Below, piece after piece: positions 25,744 through 38,210 of a stretch of DNA of 64,000 nucleotides. Each line of letters begins with the position of its first letter. Positions within the stretch are counted from its first letter, which is position 1. The notes beneath the pieces were generated by a model that did no database searches, was not told where the DNA came from, and saw only the letters and a program-made list of their open reading frames with translations. The position numbers were made by a program, and so were the translations under genes. Origin of the DNA: Camelus dromedarius (lineage: Eukaryota). The stretch is from NCBI RefSeq assembly GCF_036321535.1, contig NC_087436.1:35032001-35096000 (forward strand), in the 5' to 3' direction.

Positions 25744-26621
25744 TGGGGAAATGAGGAATATCCTCAGTCTTCCTCTTGTGCCTCCTTTATCTCACACTAC
25801 CACCGCACCCACAACACTGACACCAGATGTGCGTGGGGTCTTTCCACACCAAGCAGTTCTGTGACACCAGTTTAGTGTCAGATCCTGCAGGTTAAGGGCC
25901 CAGTCCCACAAGACTGCACCTAATTCCATTACCAACTGCAAGTCCAGGTTGTCACTTGTGCTTCTGACTGATCAGTTATAAATTCAAGGTTGCCACGACC
26001 CTCCTAGCAAGTCCCATTAATTTGCTGAAACAGCTCACAGAACTCAGGAAAACAGTCTATTTACTGTTTACCAGTTTACTATAAAAGGATATGAACAAGG
26101 ATACAGATTAACAGCCAGATGGAAGAGATGCATAGGACAAAGCATGTGGGAAAGGAGTGCAGAGCTTCCATGCCCTCTCCCGGCATGCCACTCCCCCAGC
26201 ACCTCCGTGTCCATGGACCCAGGACTCTCCGAATCCTGTACTTTTGGGATTTAGATGGAGACCTCAACACATATGCATGATTAATCATTAACTCCATTTC
26301 CAGTCCCACTCCTTGCTCTGGAAAATGGGGGGGGTGGGGGTGGGGCTGAAAATTCCAAGCTCCTAATCATGGCTTCGTCCTTCTGGTGACCCATCCAGAA
26401 GCACATTCAGAGTCACCTCATTAGAACAAAAGATACTCTTATCACCTAAGAAATTACAAGGAATTTAGGAGCTTGGTATCGGGAACCAGGGTCAAAAACC
26501 AAATATTAGAACCAAAGATGCCCTAGTGTTTTATGACTTAGGGAATTACAAGAGTTTTAAGAGCTGTGTGCTGGGAACCACAGGCAGAAACCAATATATA
26601 AATTTTTTCTATTATTTCACA
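25744..26621 (-). mobile_element. Solo LTR, MER21-like
   Basis: TG..CA ends; 'ggttaagggcccagtcccacaagactgc', 'gctcacagaactcaggaaaaca', 'gaagagatgcatagg', 'agtcacctcattagaacaaaagat' are recalled antisense MER21 motifs. Confidence 0.85.
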
Positions 26622-26636
26622 GTTATGTATACACAC

Positions 26637-26668
<32 letters not shown>

Positions 26669-28071
26669 TCACATAGTTATATCTCCTTATATATGCTTAT
26701 GTATAAGTAAATTGAATGACAACAATCACACAAGAGATAGGAAGGAGGAATTTGGGATATTTTGTTATTATAAAATCCTTCCTTGCATTACCTGTGAAGT
26801 GATATAACATTATTTGAAAGTGGACTTGAATTAGTTGTAAATGTATATTGCAAACTCTAAGACAATCACTTTAAAAAGTTTTTTAAAAAGAAATTTAATT
26901 GATATACAAAGAAAGGAGAGGAAAATGGAATCTTATACAATGTGCAATAAAACTCAAAAGGCAGAAGAAGAGTAGTTGAAAACTTGGGAAAAAATACAGA
27001 GTTCCACTATTTAATATATCACATCCAAAATATAGCTCTGCAGGTTGAGACATTCAATAACTAATTAGTAATCTAGACTGGGAATCCAAGAGAGACATGA
27101 GACTTGAAAATATTGATATTTTTAATGATTTAATTTTAACTGAGGTATAGTTAGGGGAAGTAAAATATAGAGTTCTAAGTACAGAGTTCAATAGTTTTGA
27201 CAAGCGTAATCAACTCTGTTACCAATATCCCAGTCAAGCTGCAGAACATTATCATCACCTTAGACGGTCCAGTTTGCCTTCACGGAATATCACCCCCCTC
27301 CCAAGGATAATCACTAGTCTGATTTCTATCTCCACAAATTAGTTTTGCTTGTTCCTGAACTTGATGTAAATGGAATCATATAGACTTTCAGAGTCTCGCT
27401 TCTTTTACTCAACATGAAGTTTTTGAGATTTAATCATGTGCATTAGGAGTTCATTCTTTAAATTAATGTATTGTTGAGTAATATTCCATCGAGTGATTAC
27501 ACCTCAATATATTTATCAGTTCTCCTCTTGACAGACATTTAAGTTGTTTCTGATACTTTGATAACATAAGCAAAACTGCAGTGAAAATACTTACACAAGT
27601 TTTTTGAGAAGACACATATTTTCATTCATTTTCAGTAGATACTCAGAAGTGGAATCACTGCATCATAACGTAGGAGCATGTTCAACTTTTAAAATAGCTG
27701 CTGACATATTTTTCAAAGTGATTGTATCATATAACATGCAGAAAAACACTGGATGAGAGGCCTACTTGCTTTGCATCCTAACATACAGTGCTTAGCATTA
27801 ATCTTTCAAATTTTAGCCATTCTGCTGGGTATGTAGCAACAGCTCATTGTGATTTTAATTTGCATTTCTGGTAACTAATGAGATTGATCAACTTTTCACG
27901 GGCTTATTGGCCATTCACATATCTTATTTTTTGAAATAATCTATTTGCCAGTTTAATTTTTAATTACTGATTTGTAGGAATCCTTTGTTGAATATATGTG
28001 TTGGGAATATTTTCTGATAGTCTGTAGATTTTTTTCAGTTTCTTAATGATACATTCTGATGAGAAGATATT

Positions 28072-28205
28072 TTGAATTTTTATGAAGTCCAGTTCATTTT
28101 TTTCTTTTATATTTAGGTTTTTCTTACTCAAAAAATCATTGAATTTTTATGAAGTCCAGTTCATTTTTTTCTTTTATATTTAGGTTTTTCTTACTCAAAA
28201 AATCA
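28072..28205. repeat. Perfect 2 x 67-bp tandem duplication
   Basis: 28072-28138 and 28139-28205 are identical base for base, including homopolymer lengths. Confidence 0.95.
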
Positions 28206-28323
28206 TTTGCCTTTCCCATTTAGGTTTAAAATCTAGCTCAAGTTAGTATTTTGTATGTTCTATTGTAGGAATCAAGGATAATAATTTTTTTTATAAGATT
28301 ATCCAGTTGTTTCAGCATCATTT

Positions 28324-28853
28324 TGTTAGGCAGTTAGATAAGTGGGGGCACTGAGCAGATAGAAGGAGGAGAGGGAGGATGGTCTGGAAGATGGGGTTAT
28401 GCCAGACTCCAGCATAAAGGGGCTTTATTTCCTCTAAGTGAGTGCCAGCAAGAAATCATTTAAAACCTGACTGCTGCAATTGGGCATGACTCAGTGCTTG
28501 CTGTAATGTAATTAGCATTGCAGTCTAGGCCCTTCCCCATGGATTTTTCTGTGGGCATCATGGGTAAGGACATACACAAAAGGGAATGAGCATGACTAAG
28601 CACTCCAGGCACAAGAGCCATCAATCAATCAAGAGACCACCTCTGAGCAAGGGTACAAGAGAAGGGGCAAACAAAGACCATTGCTATCCACCCTTGGATC
28701 AGCACACCTCCCACTCTTGGAGGTATACTTACCCTTTGCTAATAAAACCTTTAAAATCTTTTGCTACACAACACTTCCATCTCCCATCTGAATTCTTATC
28801 TTTCAGGTAAGACAAGAACTGGGGTCTTTTTTCCTTTCCCTTTTGGGGTAACA
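28324..28853 (+). mobile_element. Solo ERV1-type LTR (530 bp), family not recognised
   Basis: Inverted termini tgtta...taaca, AATAAA at 28741-28746, 'gaattc...gacaagaac' U5-like segment, 4-bp flanks attt/gttt; interrupts contiguous L1 sequence. Confidence 0.85.
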
Positions 28854-29394
28854 GTTTCTTTAAAAGATTGCCTATTGCATTACACTGGTACCTCCGTCAA
28901 CATATTTTTTTTTTTTACCTTGTCCAGGTGAATCTATTTAAGTACTCTCTATTCTGGTCCATTGACCTATTTGTCTATCCTTATATCAATATTATATTAT
29001 CTTAATTAATGTAGTTTTGAAAACAGATTCGGTTATCGATATACAGACAAGCTAGTGCATATAAATTCTTCATATGTGTTAATAGCAAACCACACAGAAA
29101 AAGGTAAAACTGAGAAAGGAAATGATACTGGAGCTCATCAAACTTCATGGAGCAGGCAGAAGAAAAAATCACCAAAGGAAAACAAAGGGTATTCAGAAAG
29201 ATAGGATGAAAACACAAAGAAAGTATAAACATGGAAATCAAGAAATGAAAGGTTTTTAAGAATAAAAAGCTTCCAGAAGGGTCTTTTGTAAAAGAAAGCC
29301 ATACAGATGGTTTAAAAAAAATTTTAAATCATTTCAAAAATTACAAGAAATCTTGATTAGCTAATTGAGGGCAGTTTCAGGAGCAGTGATGGCA

Positions 29395-29650
29395 TATATT
29401 TATTCAATGAATACTTACTGATTGCCTAGGCATGTTGTAGAGTGCTGTGAACAACATACACTGTCAGCCTTTCTGAAATTTATGGTCCTGCAGACCCAAG
29501 AAGTTATATTCCCATGAAGGAAAAAAGGACTGAATGATGTGAAAAATAAAAATGTAAGGCACACAAATTCTTTATAGAGTGACAATAAAAGAAAGACGTA
29601 ATATTTGGTGGTTTTATGTGAAGGCATGTTGCAAAAAAGGATCTTGTTTT
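29395..29650 (-). mobile_element. L2 3' end
   Basis: 'tattcaatgaatacttactgattgcctaggcatg...agtgctgtgaacaac' is the antisense L2 terminus. Confidence 0.6.
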
Positions 29651-29653
29651 CGT

Positions 29654-30090
29654 TGAAACTGAGGAGAACCCTGAGGGGACCTTCCTGGGGTCAGATTCCC
29701 TCCCATCTCTTATTCTTTGCCTCTTGATTGTGAAAAAAAGCTTTAGCCTCCTAGGCCTTCCCGGAGTTCCAAATAGTAAATTTAATCAGAGAAATGGAAA
29801 AATTCAGAAACAAAGGAAAACAGTCATGTAAGACAAAATAATAATAGTTCAGCCATAAAACAAAGTGAAGGACCTTTAGTTACTCCTGAAGGGTCAACAG
29901 ATAATACCCTAAGCCATATCTTTGAGTTGTTTGACAAATACCAAAAGCTCCACCAGCTAAAAGAAGTTAACTCCATGCTGACCACTGGAATATAGACCCC
30001 AGACTGGTTGCAATCAGATGGATGATGACTGAGATCCCTGAAACATCACCCTGTTACCTCACCATCAACCAAGCAGAGAATTGAGCAAAA
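29654..30090 (+). mobile_element. ERV1 LTR, 5' part only (resembles artiodactyl MER41/LTR39-like LTRs)
   Basis: Starts tgaaac; 'ctttagcctcctaggccttcc', 'agaaacaaaggaaaacagtc', 'tagaccccagactggttg', 'ccctgttacctcaccatcaaccaa'; no poly(A) signal or CA end seen. Confidence 0.65.
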
Positions 30091-30625
30091 GTAAAACTGA
30101 GAGGGGCATACAGTGTCATTCCTGAGCCCTCCATTCTTGGATGAGAATTGGCTGAAAGTGTGGAACTAAAGGAAGAGACGAAGAACTATAAGAGCTGTTA
30201 TGGGAGTAATGGAAGGAACTGATCGAGGAAACTAAAAGGAATAATAAAAGCACTAAAGTCTACAGAATTTAGAGACTGTGGATTAAGAAACAATTTAAAT
30301 GTACAGACACACAATTTTCTCCAGAATCCTTTACTGCCAGGAGAAAGGAGTGGGAAATACTGGAGGGGGTGGGGGGGACGGCGACTCTTGGTTGAACCCG
30401 GGTTAATTTTGATGGGTATATACAGCACAAAGGGAAGAGCTGGAGAATTTTATTCTTTTGGGACTTGTGTTTGAAGGTATTGCCAATAAGCTTCAACACA
30501 GAAGACGAGGAAGTTATGATGATCAACCTAGTAGAGTCAGCAATAACTAAGAGACTCAAGGTTAGAAGAATGGAGGAGGTGGGTGGGGAAAAGACACAAG
30601 GAATGTGGAACACGAACCTATGATC

Positions 30626-30849
30626 CAGTGGTGTGCTGGTGCCAGCTAGTTCCAGCTAAAGCAAGCTCATCGTGAGCATTTCTTCCCGATTTCCGAATTC
30701 TGAATTCAAGGAAATCATGGGAGGTCACTGGGAATCAGCCACCGTGAAAGTATTTACGCCATGATAATCAGCAACAGCTACAGATCAGGCCCTCTCTTCT
30801 CTTTTTTTCTCAGAGAGCTGGTTGTTAAACATTTACCAGCATGCCACTG
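30626..30849. mobile_element. MER63A-like hAT-Blackjack DNA transposon, complete
   Basis: TIRs cagtggtgtgctgg / ccagcatgccactg; 8-bp TSD ctatgatc (30618-30625) / ctgtgatc (30850-30857). Confidence 0.9.
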
Positions 30850-32934
30850 CTGTGATCAGCTAGTAAGACTTGAGATTGTCTTTTTTCCACAGGTGATAAG
30901 AATTAGGATGGGGTTTGGGAAATGGAATTGAGTTTACTATCAAGAAGCTATGTACTTATAATAAAAAAAATCTGTTAGTGACACTAAAGTCATCTAAGAT
31001 GAGCTCAGAGGAGGATGGTGATGAATTGGGAGTAAAAGGAGTCAGGAATATGGAGGAATGTTGTTGAGTAACGCTGAAGACAATGGACGGAAGACAGCGG
31101 ACTTGGAAAATGTGAAGTCAGTAAAGAAGAAGCTGGTAATAGCTGTCAGTGAAAGAATAACCTGAAAGCCATAGTAACAATTTAGAAGTATTAACTGACT
31201 AGAATAATAGCACATAGTGGGTTTTTGATAAATGTTTTGTTGTTTTGATTTAAATCCTGCACTATGTTCTTTTGCCAGAAAATTAAACAGCTGAGAAAAA
31301 GGACTGTAACTTGGAATCCAAGATTATTCACTCCACTCAGATAAGATTTCTTTCTATCTTTAATTGTAAACACTTTATTGTTAGTTGTAAAATCTTCCCA
31401 ACACTTGAAATAAATTCCTAATATAGCACCACCCTCAAAGAAAATCTCAATTCTCATGCTTACTTCTGTTTTCAGAAATTACTTGATACTTAGTAACTGG
31501 TACCTTCTGCTTAATATTGAAAATATTTTAATAATATTTAGGGATTGCATGTTGTCTGCTCATAGGCCTAGTAGTTAAATACAAAGAAATTATTATCTAG
31601 TAAACTAAAAAGATATTTAAAAATCTAAACTTCAGAGCCAAAAGATTCTCCCTTTTTGTGTTACATTATTTTTAGGGAAAAGAAGGTCTCTTCCAACTCA
31701 GTTGCATGTTCAAATATAATTTATTGAAAAATGGGAGAGAATGATTCAGAAATTACCCGCATTCCGAATTTGCTTGTGGAAAAAGAAGCAGACAAACTCC
31801 CAAATACATAATTAGAATCTTAACAAAAACAATGGGGGAAATAATAAATAAATAAACCCCAGAACATCTTAAACATAAAATAGCCAAAGAAGCATTCACA
31901 CACATCCCCACATGAATTATACTTCCTGGAAAACAGTTGAAACACCTGGCAAGTTGGCTTGAAAAGGGCCATTAATGAAGGAAATGCTTTTTGGAATTTG
32001 TTCTCAAGAAACCTTGACAAAATGCACTTGGGAAGGCTTTGTGTACTTTTAAGTATCTTGTGAAATTCACATAAATAAGACTCATTCAATAAAGTACCTA
32101 ATATAATTTTCCAGTATCCACTTGGACTTCTTACTATCTTTCTGAAGGTCTCAGTCCCTTAAACCAAATGTTCTTAATTTTCTTTTCAACATACCAAGTA
32201 CAAACATATGTGTATCATTAGAATAAAACTATACTTGCTCAGGATACATTACAAAATATTGAAAAGAAAACCCCACAAAATATATCCCTGAACTTTCACT
32301 AACAGTAAATAAAAGAATGTACTTTTACACCCTCTCCCTCATATATAACTCTTTTCTCTCTTTACTCCAGGGACTAGGAATTCTCAGGCATGAAGGGTAA
32401 AGAAACCTCCCATCTTTCGTTTCTGAGCCAAGCTTATACTCAGGACCAAAAGCAATGAATTATTTCAGTCAGAAAAATGTCCAATGGCTCCTACCTAGCT
32501 CTGAACTTTCATTTGTAGACTTAGAGTGGCCCAGAAATTTCCTGGCAAGATTTCATGACTGCTTAAATAGCTTTAAAACTTGTTAACAGTGGGACAGGTC
32601 AGGGGCAGGGAGTAAGGAAGGAAAAAAACAAAAGATATACAAAAGGCCTTGAATTTCTGCCAATCCCTATGCCTACCTAGCTCTCATGCCTCTTCTACCT
32701 ACTGTTCACTGATCAAGAACCCTAATTTCCAAACTTAAGCTTCACCTGAAGCTGAGAAGTCTCTCTCTCCTTCAGCAATAGAGGTGCCAAGTCTTAATAC
32801 AGAGATGTAGGAGAATTCACCTGACATCAACTTGCAAATACAGAAGGGTGTTACCCACCTTGACTGCGCAAGAAAGGTATGCGGTGAGTTTCCCAGGGAC
32901 CCTGGGTCTGCAGAATGTATTAAAAATAATATGG

Positions 32935-33055
32935 AACCTGAAGTCTAAAAGCCAAATATTTCCGCCACTCACTAATTATGTAACTATGGAGAAGTCACGT
33001 AAACCCTGTGCCTTACCCAAGTGGTATGAATTTGCACAATTAAAAATAACTATTG
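32935..33055 (+). mobile_element. MIR fragment
   Basis: 'ccgccactcactaattatgtaactatggagaagtcacgtaaaccctgtgcct' MIR core. Confidence 0.6.
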
Positions 33056-33997
33056 GTGTTGACTACTGGCTATTAATCTCTATGTCCTGATGCATAAATC
33101 TGGGTGTATCTATGTGCATGAAGGTGGGCATACACATCTGTTCAACTGCTTTGGATGCTCTTTTCTCTAGTTGGCTCTTTATAAACCAGGCTTCTAGCTT
33201 ATATAATCTCAGACTCACTGTTTATAATGCCTCAAACTGACCCTTACACTATGCACAATAACCTGACAATTCTTTCACGGCAAGAATTAACACAAGGGAT
33301 GATTTGATCAAGAGGGCATTATAAATGTTTTTCCTTACAGAGAGATTTTAAATTCACAATAGAAAACAGCATCAATGTTATCCGGCATAATCACTATTTT
33401 TTATCACACAGATCTACAGTCTGGAAACAGGCAAGGAAATTCAGTTCTGTCATAAGGGAGAGTAGAGAATTATCCAGGTATCTTACACTGGGGACACAGC
33501 TTTGCCTCAAGCATCCTTATAATTAAATTAAGTACATTTTAACCTCAATTTTTTTAGAGATTTATATGTATAAAGCAGTTTATGTGTTAATCCGAAACCA
33601 TCCCACTTTCTCTCTTACTCTGGAATGATTTATTCTTTCACTTAACAGATTGTTGGCATTAGTTTATGCACCGGGAATTCTGTGATGAAGAAGATAGGAA
33701 AAGTTTTGCCTTCATGAACTAAATGTTCCTTACTTTGGAGAGTGGTCCTTGGGTTCCCCAAGTACAGCTACTGACTACTTATTCTGAATGATTCTAGCAC
33801 TTTGTCTGTATCTCTATTATTTTCATAATGCACAATCCATGAGCCCCAATGCTAAACAGACTTCTTGTCATATGACAGGTACATAACACGTATTTATGAT
33901 ATGAAGAAAGAATGAGTTAATCAAAGCTACTAAGAGTTCAGAATTACTGTGTCCTATTTAGAGTTTTATTCTAAAGTTACAAAGTAAGAATATACTT

Positions 33998-34400
33998 AAA
34001 TAAATTCCTAAATACGTACTACTGTTTGGCTAAGCACTAGGGATGCAGCAGTGAACATGAAAAACAGTCTGTGCCTTCACAGAACAAGTGGTTTATTATG
34101 GCCGACAGACAAGTAAGAAGGCAACAAAATACAGGGGCTATAAAAGGTAAAGAATTGGGAGGGCACTGAACCCAGAACTTGGTAATTGGGAAGACTTCCT
34201 GGAGGAAGCATTTGTCTAATCTGAGATCTGAAGGACTGGTAGGAGTTGGCCAGATAAAGAAGTGAGAGGAAGAGGAAAAAATTGAGGCCAATGCCTGGAG
34301 GTAAACCAGTCTTGACCAAGGAAATCAAGATGGTTCAGTGTAGCTGGAGGTAATCAGTAGCAGGCAGGAAGAAGGGATGGAGGCACGAGGTCCTTTGCAA
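33998..34400 (-). mobile_element. L2 LINE 3' fragment
   Basis: 'taagcactagggatgcagcagtgaac', 'gggaagacttcctggaggaag', 'ctgagatctgaaggactggtaggagttggccagataaag'. Confidence 0.8.
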
Positions 34401-36623
34401 GAAGAGGACAAATGAACACACAAGGATAGCAGACCAGAGAGACAAAACAAAAGGGAACATGGACCAAATACAGCAGCTCTAGTAGGCTTTTCTTGAGGTA
34501 ATTATTTTAGCTACTATTTGTAGGATTTTCTGTTACTTGCAATGAGACAAATTCCAAATTCATAAACAAATGGTATTTAAACAGGGAGGATCTGTTTAAT
34601 TAGATATACGAAATAACTGAGTGAAAATTTCATACATGTCTGTCTTGTCTGAATGTATTTTCTTGGTGTTTTCTTGATTTGATACTCAAAAATTCTTGGA
34701 ATCTCAGGATTTGATGGGGTTGTAATAATCATTTAATACAACTGCAGCCTTAATCCAGGATATGATGATATATTTTTAGAGCAATTTTGTAATTCTCTGG
34801 ATGTTTAAAGATTTGAAAAGACTGAAAGAGTTTTTTGTTGTCTTGTTTTATTTTTTGATCCTGTCATTTATTAGAATTATTTAAAATATCAGTAAGATTT
34901 TCTAACTATAAATAAATATCCAAGTTTCTAGTCATTCTTTATAATATCTTAAGTGAAAAGAGAAATGTATATGCTATTAATTACTGTATTAACTCAGATA
35001 AACCTCCAATCTCTCAAAGAAGTAAAATACAAATAAGTTTTTCAGTATATCCAGTAATATAATTTCTTTGCTTCTTAACAAACAAATCCCAAAAAAGCTA
35101 TTAATTTTGTGAGTGGATATAATTTCTGTTAACATCTTGGGAAGCAATAATTCAAAAATACACTCGATCATCCACAGCACTTCAACTGCTTTTACTAAAT
35201 CTTTATATATGCCATAGTGATCATCCAATAGTCAACAGGAAAAACATGTATTTTGTTAAATGTATGTAATTTTTTAAAAATCTCATAAATCCCTGAGTTA
35301 ACAATTATTTCAGTTACACAGAAACAAAGAAAAAGTATCATGAGATGAGCACAGAAACATGATTCCTTTATTTTTAAAAACTTAAGCAAAGGTCAATTGA
35401 AATTTTAATCTGTCTTATGTCGAAATGAGCCATTTGTAGTTTGGAGTCAACACGTAAAAACTGATTGAGTGTACTTTATATTTGATATGAATTTAGAAAC
35501 TCTAAAATTCCCCCAGGCTATTCTGTTTATAATAGCTTTCATTTAGGCAAAGCATGACTTTTAAAAAAAGAGTTATTGATGGTAGAAATTAACATCTAAG
35601 TATTTTCCTTACCATTTTACTCAAAATATGAAAATAATGATTAGTTGTTTGGGTTAAAGAACACTAAAGGAAGAATGTGAAAAACGTAGGGCTTTAGAAA
35701 TTAAGTGAAAAGCCTGCAGTTGTGATGCTTTATTCTTTCAAACCTCATATTAGGTAACTGAAGGACAAAGATAAAACCAAGTGAGAATTTGGTATTGTTT
35801 GGGGGTAAATTTCAATAGTTTGAAATTTGAATTGAATTCAGAACAAACAACTTTTAATTCTCAAGGAAAATGACTGAGTTCAACAGCCCTCAACAACTAC
35901 AAAGGGATAATTTTGAATATATTTTTGAAATTTCTTCATTTAGTTTGCTGTCTGGCATGAATATTAACTATAGCATTTGACTTTAATTTCTTTTAAAGAA
36001 ATATCAGAGATTGACTAAATTACTAAACTTATGCATTTATTTACTTTGTTAATTTTTTTTTTTTTACTCAACAGTCAAATCGAGTACCTACTATGCACAA
36101 ACTCAACACAAAGCACTGGGAAAACAAAAACACACACCCCTTAGTAGCTGCTGTCAACAAGAGACTGACAAATACTGAACACACACTGTAGCCTCATAGG
36201 TGTCAACGCCACTTTCTGTAGAAGAATGAGGCAAAATGGAAACCATTTTAGAACTTCTTCTCTGTCCAAATTAACATTAAATAACACAACGTGCTTAACT
36301 GTATGTATTTTATACCTTCTTGCTATATAACTACACAGAATCAAAGTTTCCCCAACCCCTTCATAAGGCATTAGAAACCTCTCCAGTCTCCTCAATGTGA
36401 AGTTAAGTCATCTTACTCCACAGCAAATAACACAGGGGAAAGGCCAATAAGAAAGAATGGGAGGTTGGTTTTTATTCGTTTGTGATGTGATGTAACTGAA
36501 TGGTCACCGAACCAAGGAGTTCTGCCCAACCTTCTCTGCGGCTGCTGACAGAGGAAAGGCTGGTGGAAAAGGGGACCAGAGCCAAAAACCGTTTGTTGGA
36601 GCTCTTCTTATTCCCCACTCCAC

Positions 36624-36658
36624 AAACATACACATACACACACACATACACACACACA
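36624..36658. repeat. Short imperfect (CA)n microsatellite
   Basis: acatacacatacacacacacatacacacacaca. Confidence 0.85.
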
Positions 36659-36959
36659 GAGAAATAGCATCAGAACATCATGCTACTGTCGACACCATAT
36701 CTTTTTCTTTCATTTAAAATATACAGAAATAGTGTTAATATGTAAATTCTTTATGTATTTTGAACTCTCATTTACATGTATTAAAGGCTTCTATTTAAAT
36801 GTTAATAATGCATTGTTTCACAATTAAACATCAAAGTTTAGCATATTGTATTCTGATAATTAAGTCTAATCCATAGAGAAGGATCAAGAAGAGTTTAGTC
36901 TCAGAGCCATTTTACCAGAAAAAAATATTATTCACAAGGGCAAAACACAAACGCCCAAG

Positions 36960-37650
36960 TACTCCGGGAGCCTGGAGGAAGGGCACCTAAAGCCGCCTTG
37001 GCGCTTCAGGGAAGGCTTTTTTTTTTTTTTTTAATAGAAGTCACTGCATGAAATAAATCTTCAAAGAGCCATCAGCTAGGCATTGTGGTGACGGGGTGAC
37101 CGTGGTGGGAGTGTGAGGGAGGGACAAGGGCATTCGGGCAGACTGACAGAATGAGAAAGGGGAAATACGTGAGAAAAACCATAGCGTGTGGGCAACTTTC
37201 ATTTCCAATAGATGGGAGAGCAGCACGTGAGAAGCTGGAAAAGGAGGCTGGATGCTCCAGCAGGGATGTGAAACTTTATCCCATAGCGGCCACGCAGAGC
37301 CGCTGTCAGGCTTTTGTTTGGAGAGCTTTCTCTAGCAGCTGGGAGGCAGATGGATTGGAGGGTCAGGTCAGCTGGCAGAGAGCCCAGCTGGGTGGATGGG
37401 AACACTGGCCATCTGAGGGATGATGAGAAACTCTATGAGGAGAGTGATAACATGAAAAGGAGGATTCAAGGTTGAAAGATGTTTAGAAATAAAATGGGCA
37501 GGGTTTAGAATGGGTGATTGGATTGGGGCGCAGAGGGTGAGGTAGAAGGAAGCAGCAAGGGAAATGCCTGGATCTGTAGTGTGAGGAAGCAGGTGAGTGA
37601 TGATGTGGCCTGGCAGCGAATCTAGAAAACAGGCAAAGCAAGTTTTAGGG
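36960..37650 (-). mobile_element. L2 LINE fragments
   Basis: 'cagggaaggctt', 'gatggattggaggg', 'aagatgtttagaaataaaatgggcaggg', 'gtgattgattgggg'. Confidence 0.6.
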
Positions 37651-37994
37651 AGAAGACAGCCCACTCAGGGACTTTAACTCCCCATTTCTCACAATTTCCT
37701 GGAGCTAACGAATTCCGGCCAAGAGAAATACACTTTCCAAAGGTAAAAGTATGCATAAACTGTCTCACCTGATATTGAAAGGTGATGGCTGTTTTGCTGA
37801 GACTTCAATCCAGGGTCATCGCTTCATTTAGGTGTTTAAATATAAGGACTGAAGTCTAGGGGGGAAAACATGAAAGGAGGATATTTAAAATTGAATACAA
37901 AAGTAGCCAAATAAGTATTTCATTTCATAATCAGTTTCTCAAAAGCTTGACCTATACGGGATGCTCCACACATATAGGATGAACACTTTCTCAC

Positions 37995-38210
37995 TATTCA
38001 TAACACATGTTACATGGTTTCTGCTATGGGCCGAGTTCCAGGTGCGTACTCATTTCATACACAACCCGCTGCTGTAGGCACTGCTGTTCCTCACATATTA
38101 CAAAGGGAGAAACTGAGGCCTGGAGGCACACACTAGAAGTGGCAGGGCTGGGATTCCATCCTGAACAATCTGACCCCCCCCAACAGTGCTCTTCCCCACC
38201 GCACTAGGCT
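37995..38210 (-). mobile_element. MIR
   Basis: 'tacaaagggagaaactgaggcc...cacactagaagtggcagggctgggattc...ctgac...gtgctcttcccca'. Confidence 0.75.

Larger units (their letters stand above)
23641..26972 (+). mobile_element. LINE-1 5' portion (L1MCa-like 5' UTR, decayed ORF1, inter-ORF region), truncated before ORF2
   Basis: Start 'ggtccagtatgtaagacgcttggaagtc...ctaacaacaataaacaaactgaac...aaatcaacaactc' matches the recalled L1MC 5' end; ORF 24825..25043 (IKNTVTEIKNAFDGLISRL...EDMSMEISKTEKQREKRLK) is the L1 ORF1 coiled coil. Confidence 0.9.
21837..27128. mobile_element. hAT-Charlie DNA transposon (Charlie1/MER33-type) broken into pieces at about 21837-22103, 22851-23049, 23560-23640 and 26973-27128
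   Basis: Terminus 'cagctccgtccagtagaact' resembles CAGCGCTGTCCAATAGAA; MER33/Charlie1-like AT-rich body 'aatgaaatattttacatt...aagtctttg...attttacacttacagcac'; similar sequence resumes after each nested insertion. Confidence 0.65.
27130..29020 (-). mobile_element. LINE-1 (L1ME1/L1MB-like) 3' portion, interrupted by an LTR at 28324-28853
   Basis: 'ttttaactgaggtatagtta...tagttttgacaa...cagaacatt', 'tgtaaatggaatcata', 'gattttaatttgcatttc', 'tattctggtccattgacctatttgtctatcc'. Confidence 0.85.

Noticed and set aside
26326..26345. G-run cluster (potential G-quadruplex); similar runs near 30362-30380 and 50960-50986
   Set aside because: Short G-runs in or near repeats with no promoter or CpG-island context; no evidence of function.
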